Assembly: GCA_965200155.1 (NCBI GenBank)
Contig: CBDATR010000043.1
Location: 65,858-129,857, forward strand
Length of the DNA stretch: 64,000 nt
DNA from: Nitrosopumilaceae archaeon
GTDB lineage: Archaea > Thermoproteota > Nitrososphaeria > Nitrososphaerales > Nitrosopumilaceae
Direction: 5' to 3'
The position numbers were made by a program, and so were the translations under genes. Positions 20,518 to 29,359 of this stretch are shown in pieces. Under the pieces are notes generated by a model, which saw only the letters and a program-made list of their open reading frames with translations, had not been told where the DNA came from and did no database searches. Every line of letters begins with the position of its first letter. Positions within the stretch are counted from its first letter, which is position 1.

Positions 20518-21223
20518 ATGAAACGTAAATGTAGTGGATTAATACTAGACATAGAGGGTGAGCTTGTATGCAGTACATGTGGTGCCGTGAGAGGCTATGT
20601 GAATGAGGAAACGCCGAACATGGAGAGTCATGCACGACTGGACTATTCCGGCAAGCTGGTTACACACTCTTTGCAAAAGTGATGAAGCAGGACACAGAAG
20701 GGTGTAACCGCTCATTACTGATTGCCATCTCACAGATACGAAAATTACGTGACGAGTTAGCTCTCTGCCTGTACTATGCCATTTACCTGATTAGAAAGGC
20801 GATAGCCGCGAAATATCTTGTGGGCCGCTCTATTGAGTCATGTTCGGCCGCCGTCGTACTGCTGGCATGTCGAAAGCACGGTGTGAGTAGGACCATACCT
20901 GACCTGGTAAAGGCAACCGGACTTAGACGCCGGGAGATATACCGCACATACTCACAGATGACCGAGAAGTTTGCTGGCTCACTACCTGATCCTGTCATGT
21001 ACATACCACGAGTGGGTACTGATGCCGGTATTACCGATAGAGATGCCGTTAAGGTGATTCACTCACTGAATGGTGTTGAGGTACCAGTACCCGATTGCTG
21101 TTGCCGCGGGCGCACTATTCATGCAAGAGTATGGGTGAAATAGTGGACAGGGAGGAACTAGCCAAGGCTGCCGGTATTGGGGAAATGACCTTGATCACTA
21201 TCACAAGGAAACTGCTATCATAA
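20518..21223 (+). pseudogene. tfb: Transcription initiation factor B, two frameshifts
   Basis: Zn ribbon GELVCSTCGAV (from ATG 20518), cyclin repeat GRSIESCSAAVVLLACRKHGVSRT, and second repeat AVAAGALF..EELAKAAGIGEMTL each lie in different frames. Confidence 0.85.
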
Positions 21224-21965
21224 TTTGGTTAACATGGCCTTTACCTAGAATCAAACATAGGACTAATGAACGTTCAATTCAACCCAGACGGATTATTACA
21301 AGTTCCCGGCGATATATTGACAGGGCTTTCCACTCTATGCGTGATGCCGCGAAAGCCGGTGTCACCGTGACGGTTGGTTTTTAATCATTCACTTTGTTCT
21401 TGTCATTCTGTCACTCACTCTCTCATTTATTCCCGGATTGATCAAAGACCCATCCAGTTGAAATCACGCCCGCCATACTAGAATGGTCTCTATATAACCG
21501 GATGAAACTGCAGACACAAGGAATACCATCCCTGCAAAGCACATCACACCGAACAGAATGGTCCCAATGAATCTCCCGCGTTTCCACTCCTCACCAAAGT
21601 TGCGGCGCACACGGACATAGATTAGGTACGGGACCCACACCAGCAACCCTAGCGTGATGATGAAATTACTACTATTGTTATAATGAGTCTGGTTTATATC
21701 CCAGAACAGCTATAAATACCACAGAATCTGCTCGATCATTCCACTCCTGTCCATCACTCCCACAAATTTCTCTTGGAATATAAGGGCGGACTGGTTTCGT
21801 CTGTATTGGACGCGCCTCGTTGGGCTGGAATATCTGTAAAAGGGATGGTGAATCCTTCATACCATGGCAGACTAAAGGATATCTCGTTATAGTGAGGAAG
21901 AGGAGCCGCATGAAAAAATAACCATAAGCAAGAAAAAACTTGTAATAATATTCATCATACTGGGA

Positions 21966-22244
21966 ATGTACTTTTTGAACCGGGATGAAATCCTGGACAT
22001 GTGGGTCATTCATCTCTGGATTGTAATGGATCCGTTCGTGACACCCATAACGAGTTTCATCTGGGCATGGTTGGAGTTTGCTATTCTGTGGTTCTTTCTG
22101 TCCTTCTTTGACACTCTGGTGCAACTGGAAATAGTATTACAGCCAGTCCTGACTGATTTTACCGAGGAGGTCAAAGAGTATACCCAAATGGTACACGAGC
22201 GTTTGACTAATAGGGTGTTATTAGTGCATAGATATCAAATCTAG
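21966..22244 (+). CDS. Hypothetical membrane protein (possibly the frameshifted tail of a longer gene)
   Basis: Hydrophobic aromatic-rich ORF; no family recognised. Confidence 0.4.
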   Translation: MYFLNRDEILDMWVIHLWIVMDPFVTPITSFIWAWLEFAILWFFLSFFDTLVQLEIVLQPVLTDFTEEVKEYTQMVHERLTNRVLLVHRYQI

Positions 22245-22819
22245 AGGACTTGTGATTGTTGAGGATGCAATAGAGATTCTAAAAGAATCCGGTTCCACAG
22301 ATCACCGAAGAGCAGTACAACCGAATGCGTGAGAGAATCTTGGTCCAATAGCAGATGAGTTAGGAGAACTCAACGAATGACACCCCGAGAAATAGAAGAA
22401 TACGAGAACTTTTACGTGACTTCAACCAATAATATGGAGCAACTTCTGCATAGTTAGGGAACCATTATAGTCCATTTATTGCTGCTAGGGGATGAATACT
22501 GATCAAATATCAATACTCGTTTCACTGTTCATTGGAATTGATGAGCCCCATATCGGAATCATATTTGGAGCTGTTGGAATAGTCACGTGGCACGCCGTTA
22601 TGACAGGCAGGTACCGCCAGAGCGATGGAGGCGCGGTGGCCGTGTCTCAATGTTGCCACTATATGCGGTGTTACTAATTTGGTGGCACCACCCCGGCAAT
22701 ATACTGATAGCTGTTGTCGTTCTAGTGTGTTTCATGAGAACAATTCGCAGTATTGTGCCGATGGGCATTCGGCTTTTGAATATGACTCGCCTTTTAAGGG
22801 AGTGATCAGCTGCCCACAC

Positions 22820-23011
22820 GTGAAGTTAAAAGCTGATGAGGTTGACCGGATTGTATATGTTTCCCGGGACATATTCTATAATGAGAATCCAGCGCCTGAT
22901 GTCCTGTACATATTTACACATGATAATATGAGTCTGGGATTATACCGCATAAAAACTACAGGCTGGCGGTATGCGATTTGTCTGTGTATTGAGGCGTATA
23001 GATATCATTAA
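22820..23011 (+). CDS. Small hypothetical protein
   Basis: In-frame GTG of ORF 22625..23011, directly after a copy of the tbp-type promoter. Confidence 0.45.
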   Translation: MKLKADEVDRIVYVSRDIFYNENPAPDVLYIFTHDNMSLGLYRIKTTGWRYAICLCIEAYRYH

Positions 23012-24027
23012 TCACAAGAGAAGATTACTACACGCACTGGAGAACATGAAATGATTCATGTAATCATTATGGTATTGATGGGCGGTACCCTGCCGAGGCC
23101 GGAACGCAAGCCATTCTGGAAGAGGTGGAGACACTGAGAGTATCCTGCGTCATTCATGAATCTGTGCCCATATGCCTGCACTGTTCCAGGAAGCAATTCG
23201 GTAACTCAATCCATAATCTGGAGAATGGCAAGGGGAACCGCTTGCGGGCAATCTATTACGGCCTCTCCAGTCCTGTGGACTGTATTGAAGGGTAATTTAC
23301 TCCCTGACAACTTTCCTGATCAAGAAAAATGCGTATAGTGATGACAAGGAGATAAACTTTGTAGTGGACGAGTGTGCTTACTGTCATTCTTGTGCGGTTT
23401 CAATGGAGAACAAACTGATATGGAGGTTGACAAACCATTACCGGATAAGATAAAACTACCCCCGGCGAACAGAATCTCCCACTGCCCAGTCATTGGTGCA
23501 GAAAACCCATACAAGAATAACCACTCTACTACCTGGAATCATAGTAGCGTCATGTATGCTTGGATATGTAGCATTCATGCATGATTCATCCAGTGTTGCC
23601 GGAAATGTCATTTTACTCGTAATGGGCGGCGCGTCTACATACCTGCTACTAATGACGCGGGAGAGGGTCCGCATTACGGGATGTAATGGTAGATAACATT
23701 ATGATACAAAGTTCAGAGGTGGGTCAAGAGGAAAAATCAGCACCCGCATTACGGGACAAGATAATTTATCCAGTCGCGTTCACACTCTTGCTTCACTATT
23801 GGTAGAGCCGTGGCTCATTATACCCATGGCAATATTAACAGGGAGTACCTGGTTCCGCTCGGTGGCTGTAGAAAAGAACATGCGTACGAAAGACATACTG
23901 TACAACTATATGATGAGGGTAAACAAATACTGGGAATAGCCAAATGGATGCTAGAGAACGGTGCAAGCGAAGTCAATGTAATAGGAGAGTTCAAGCCATT
24001 CGTTGAGAACAGATCACCTTTGAGTGT

Positions 24028-25074
24028 GTGGTCAAAAACGGAGTGAATGTGATAAAAATTACTGCCTTTTTATGGTACCATGAATTACACTATAACATGA
24101 TAAGAATAAGACCAAATGAATGGTTACATATGGAGTTTAAGGGTTCAGGTAAGATAAACAACACTCAAAAGATATCAGGAACATTATACATGACCAATAG
24201 GAGAGTAGTCATTCAGGGCAGTGACGGTCCCATTTGGACTGGACTGATCAAGGATATGACAGTCTCTGTTGAGAATGATATATGTCATATGAAAGTCGGA
24301 CGTGATGATGTAACATGGAAATCCTCAACCATTCCCGTTTCCTGGTGGGGCAATGCTATCATGTTCTGGAAGAAGGGAACCATTCTTGCACCGGACGGTG
24401 GGGAACCCTCACACAATTACGGGATATACCCGCCTGTCTATAATGATATAACAGAATTGCCGGACTTGATAAAAAATTCTGAATGGAATATACGCTGGTA
24501 TACAAAAGACGAGCTGGAACAATGCGGCATGGGAACGCCGGAGAATAGTGATGGATTTGAGAGAACCGTATACAAGACCAATCTTATACTGGCTGCATTA
24601 CGTCATGACGGATTCCCCCAGGGGCCACCAAACACGCATCTTAGAATGCTCCACCGCCGTCATGCACTAGTCCATGTAACGTATCTGGTATGGGGGTGGA
24701 AGCAGGGTATACGACACATGATGACAAGGGTGACCGGTTACGGCCATTACGCCGGTGACGGACAGATAGCCATGTACCGCCAGCCTCCGGACAAGATGTT
24801 CGAGCCAAAGCCGTTCTCCCCTATCAAGAGAGAGTGGCACCACGAGATCAATCCCGCGCACTGTGGCGGCCATACATATGAAATTCTGGAGACATGTCAT
24901 AGAATGTTGCCAATCATTACCAGGGTAGCCGATGAACTACACGCTGACCCGACATGGCACCCGTACATTAGGTTACGCCAGATATATGAGGCCATACGGG
25001 ATGACAAGGCCATCCCGCCGCCAGTCAAGGAGGCATTACCATTGGCACGGGCGGCAACAGATAACCCGTGGTGA
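24028..25074 (+). CDS. Hypothetical protein with N-terminal PH/GRAM-like domain
   Basis: GTLYMTNRRVVIQG is typical of PH-like folds; a degenerate paralog lies at ~63496-63930. Confidence 0.6.
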   Translation: MVKNGVNVIKITAFLWYHELHYNMIRIRPNEWLHMEFKGSGKINNTQKISGTLYMTNRRVVIQGSDGPIWTGLIKDMTVSVENDICHMKVGRDDVTWKSSTIPVSWWGNAIMFWKKGTILAPDGGEPSHNYGIYPPVYNDITELPDLIKNSEWNIRWYTKDELEQCGMGTPENSDGFERTVYKTNLILAALRHDGFPQGPPNTHLRMLHRRHALVHVTYLVWGWKQGIRHMMTRVTGYGHYAGDGQIAMYRQPPDKMFEPKPFSPIKREWHHEINPAHCGGHTYEILETCHRMLPIITRVADELHADPTWHPYIRLRQIYEAIRDDKAIPPPVKEALPLARAATDNPW

Positions 25075-25188
25075 CACTAATGCCGTGGGACGCGAGACCG
25101 ACCATAATGAAACCGGATGGCTCCGCCATACCGGGAATCATTCCCGTCCGCCATGAAACTGATTCAGTTCTGGGTGACTAAAACCATT

Positions 25189-25590
25189 CTAATCCCAGAA
25201 TAGATCACGCTTGAACTGTATGAAAATGGTATCCCCCTTACAGGAATACTGCCTCTTTGTGTAATTACCCCTCCATATCATTACTTCATCGCCGGGTGTC
25301 ATATTAGTTGACATCGCTACCGGAAACATTAGCTGCCAGAAATGAACCGTGTTATATCCCCTAAACTCCCTGACATTCAGTATGTGTGATATGATATCTT
25401 TATTGTGACGTTTCTTGCCCAATCGTAACATCTTTTCGGACTGAATGCCGAGCCACTGATAGGGGCCAAACTCATTAACAAAGTCACCTGTCATGAGAAG
25501 TGGTAATCTCACCTTGAAATAGACTCTGTCGGTTATCTCACCGTATACCTGCTGCATCTGTATCTTGCGTGTTTTATAATGCCTTGACAT
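25189..25590 (-). CDS. Hypothetical protein
   Basis: 133-aa ORF with gaccagctttaaa promoter-like box upstream; divergent from 25603. Confidence 0.55.
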   Translation of the reverse strand: MSRHYKTRKIQMQQVYGEITDRVYFKVRLPLLMTGDFVNEFGPYQWLGIQSEKMLRLGKKRHNKDIISHILNVREFRGYNTVHFWQLMFPVAMSTNMTPGDEVMIWRGNYTKRQYSCKGDTIFIQFKRDLFWD

Positions 25591-25602
25591 ACCATTATAC
25601 CA

Positions 25603-26685
25603 GTGTGGAGTGGTTTAAAGCTGGTCGAGCACCAGGAAAAGAAGCGAGAAAACCTGGTACAAGCTATTCTAGCCTATGTGGGGACGGCATCATTTCTTAC
25701 ATACCGTGATGACACCGGCATGGTCCGTTACTCGATGTGCTTTGATGATCAATATCTCTCATACATTCGCGGTTTGCACGCAGTTGATACGGAACTAGGT
25801 GGTGTAGAGATAAAGCCCAGTGACCCGCCCAGTATCTTAGCAGAATGCCCACTAATCTGGGACATGGAGATGACCGGATTCGGCGCCGCGGAACTCCCGT
25901 CCAGTACCGGCAAGCGTTCTGCTACATCCGCCCTTGGTACACAGATAACCGATATTGCATACCGCCTAATGATATGCCAGCGAGTCCCGTACAGCAGGGT
26001 AATAACCGAGTATGTTAACAATGGGGGAAACCCGCAGGGAATATGCCGCAAGGTAGCCGGAATGGCCGCACGCGAGGCCGTCTCATTTGTCATGACCGAT
26101 GCCAAAAATAACACCACCCCCAAGGTGACACCCAAGAAGGAACCATACACTCATACCAGAATCATCCTTGGAGCCAGGGACGTGAATCACCTGGAGATAT
26201 TGCGTGACTCATTCCCCGCGGGTTCCATAAAGAAACGGGGTGTGATAAAGCCGGAAACTATTCACGGAGTGATAGGAATGCCGCCGCCAGCCAGGTCTGT
26301 CCATACGCCTGTCTTTAACGACGAAGAGTTGGGAAAATTGGAAATCATACCGACCAGAGTGACAGAAGTGCCCATGCCCTATGGGAGAGCAATCACCAGT
26401 ACTACCCAGCCCCCCATAAGGTTCCCTGATATCTTATTCTGGGATGATAATTCCACCACTCCCGGTTACAGCCCGTTATTCTTGGCCGATGAGAATGGAA
26501 ATGAGACGGATGATTCCGAGCCTGGTATAATAGGGAATGATTCTGTTGAGGAACCGAATAATTCGATGAATGGTGAACCCGTTATGGAAGAGCCTGCCAC
26601 AGAAGAGAGTAGTAGTGGGAATGGTTTCGGTTTTAGAATAATCAATGGGAAAGAAAGGTTCCCGGTTAGAGTGATTCCCGGTTAG
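25603..26685 (+). CDS. Hypothetical protein with acidic C-terminal tail
   Basis: 360-aa ORF; no family recognised. Confidence 0.6.
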   Translation: MWSGLKLVEHQEKKRENLVQAILAYVGTASFLTYRDDTGMVRYSMCFDDQYLSYIRGLHAVDTELGGVEIKPSDPPSILAECPLIWDMEMTGFGAAELPSSTGKRSATSALGTQITDIAYRLMICQRVPYSRVITEYVNNGGNPQGICRKVAGMAAREAVSFVMTDAKNNTTPKVTPKKEPYTHTRIILGARDVNHLEILRDSFPAGSIKKRGVIKPETIHGVIGMPPPARSVHTPVFNDEELGKLEIIPTRVTEVPMPYGRAITSTTQPPIRFPDILFWDDNSTTPGYSPLFLADENGNETDDSEPGIIGNDSVEEPNNSMNGEPVMEEPATEESSSGNGFGFRIINGKERFPVRVIPG

Positions 26686-26711
26686 AGTGATTCCCGGTTA
26701 GAGTGATTCCC
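26659..26711. repeat. 16-bp tandem repeat x3 (ttcccggttagagtga)
   Basis: Seen directly; spans the stop codon of 25603..26685. Confidence 0.9.
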
Positions 26712-26861
26712 TTGAGCCATTCTATCATCCGGGAATTTCTGCATGATCTCAATCGTGACTTGCCGGGACCATTTTGTAACATCTGATTGTCCCATAATCT
26801 TGATTTTAAATATATAATTCTCGATGAAAACAACGATAGTTTTTTATCTCATTCTTTGTAT

Positions 26862-27187
26862 ATGATCTATTATCACATTGCAATTTTAATCGCCGGTTGT
26901 CTTGCAATTCTTGCGTATGGTGTCGTTCTAACATTGGACGTATGTTATGTTGGAGTTAGCTCAATTCTTGCGGCTGTTGTTGCACTTATTAATATAATTT
27001 GGTACAGGAGCGGCCGTACTATTGTGACGTATTTCTCGATTGCTTTAACTACAGCGCTGATGGTTCAGAATTTCACAACAGTAGTAGAATCTTTCCTGAT
27101 CATACCCACAACCATATTACTACCGCAATCGTGAAGCTTGTACGCGGTTACATACAGGGACCCCGCCCCATAGAGACGAGTCAATAG
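26862..27187 (+). pseudogene. 4-TM membrane protein, frameshifted paralog of 48919..49254
   Basis: IAILIAGC..YG..L.LDV.Y..IWY..GR in one frame; VKLVRGYIQGPRPIETSQ in another, matching VKVVHDYRQGHSPIKASQ. Confidence 0.7.
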
Positions 27188-29116
27188 ACTGTTCGTTCAC
27201 TCTCTGGTTGTGGTCGTTACCACAAGAATTATTCAATGGTATGGAATACCTTGGTAAATTCTAAAGAATAGCGCCCGCCATGACTCCTTGGATAAATTTG
27301 TTGGAATATAGGTTTCCCCCTACCGCGCTCTCCCAGAACCTTCCACCGGCATCATTCCAGGAATGGTAACCCCTCCCGCATGGAACTTGATTCTGGTAAC
27401 AGTAATTCCAGACTCACTTTTTATAACAATAATAATGACTGAGTAATATGGGCAAATTCAATGAAGTATTAGAGCAGATACGTCGGGAATCAGGGAATAA
27501 CAAGGAGCTTGGTGACAAGTTTGAGGTGCTCATGGTGGAGTATTTCAAGAATTGTAAGCAGTACGGCTTGGAAGATGTACAAATATGGCCCAAACAAGAT
27601 TTGGGAATAGATATACTGGCGCATGACAAGTTCGGGGAACGGTGGGCAATACAATGCAAATGTCATGATGTTGATTCCACATTACAGTATGAGGGAAATG
27701 TATCCAATTTGTGGTCTGCCGCCGAAATGAATGGTATACAAAACAATAGTCACCACTGCCAAACCCAGCACCAACCTTGAAAAAGTATGTAAACAGACCA
27801 ATACACATATCATATGAGGATCTCGAATCCGCCAATATAGAGTGGAGTACTGATATCATTCAGGCACGAGAGCCCCACAAATTATACGAACATCAAAGTG
27901 AGGCTTTAAAGGATTGTCTGGACGGGTTCACCAAGCATGATCGCGGTCAACTCATCATGGCATGCGGTACTGGTAAGACACTAACATCACTCCATATAGC
28001 GGAAAAACAAGTCGGGAATAGTGGATTGGTTCTATATCTTGTGCCGTCCATATCGCTCATAAAGCAGACTATACAAGCATGGTCTGAGAATGCCAACATA
28101 GAACATCAGTACATGGTAGTTTGCTCAGACAGTACCGTAAAAGGTAAGGAGGATATCTCTGTGACTGATATAGTTGGATCAGTGACGACTGATCATGACT
28201 TATTGAGGGAGCAGTATGAAAAGACCAATAGCGATGCGCGTTATTTTCTGCACGTACCAGTCCGCGGATGTCATAAAGGAATCATTCAGCGGAATGCAGT
28301 TTGACTTGATAATATTCGATGAAGCGCATAGGACGGCCGGAAAACAGGATAAGAGCTTTGCTCTAGCACACCATGACGAGAATATTAACTCTGCAAAAAG
28401 ACTCTACATGACTGCAACTCCCCGTATGTACAATCGGGAGGGCGTGACTGATGGTTATTCCATGGATGATTATAGTATATTCGGTAGACGGTTCCACGAG
28501 TTGAAGTTCTCCAAGGCCATAGATACTGGCATACTATCTGATTACAAGGTAGTGGGACTTCGTATCTTGGCCGATGATTTGGACAAGGCTAGGGCAGACG
28601 CGGGCGAGGCCGATGATTTCACACTGGAGGAGGAGTGTAAGCTGGCATCAATATACAAGTCCATAAAGCAGCAGGATGAGAGTCTGGAACCAAATCTCCT
28701 ACAGCGTATTCTAGTATTCCATAATAAAATACCACAATCTAAACGATTCGAGATTGCATTTCCCAAGATAGTGAAACGAATGGATGGAGAAGGTGTGGAT
28801 GTACGTCATATTGACGGGAATAGTCGTGCACGGGACCGCGCGTCAACCATAGAGTGGTTGAAGAGGGGGGAATCCGATGTACGAATAATATCAAATGTAA
28901 GATGTCTATCAGAAGGAGTGGATGTTCCCGCCCTGGATGGTGTGGTATTCTGCGAGCCCCGCCAGTCAGTAATAGATGTGGTGCAGTCACTTGGGAGAGT
29001 AATGCGAAAGTCACCGGGCAAAAGTATAGGATATGTTATAGTACCTGTAGTGGTATCTCGTAACGAGGCTATTGAGCATGTTATAAATCGCGATAAATCA
29101 AACAAGCTAATACTTC

Positions 29117-29238
29117 GTATGAGTTCACCTGTGTCTAAATGGAACGGGTCATTCTATAACTGATCGCGACAGTTAAAGAGTAACCGGTTACTATTTTGTG
29201 CATAAGATTGGAACCGGTTCCAAGACGTGAACTCATAC
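29117..29238. mobile_element. MITE variant (122 bp) with three palindromic filler replacements
   Basis: TSD aatacttc; +9, +13 and +8 bp relative to the 92-bp consensus. Confidence 0.92.
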
Positions 29239-29359
29239 AATACTTCAGCTTGCAGATGCATTAAGAGCACATGATGACAGGATAGACCGCTACTTCAATC
29301 AGGCGAGACTTGTTTCTGATGGTGGTTCCGGTGGTGAGAGTTCGGAGCCCGGTATAATA

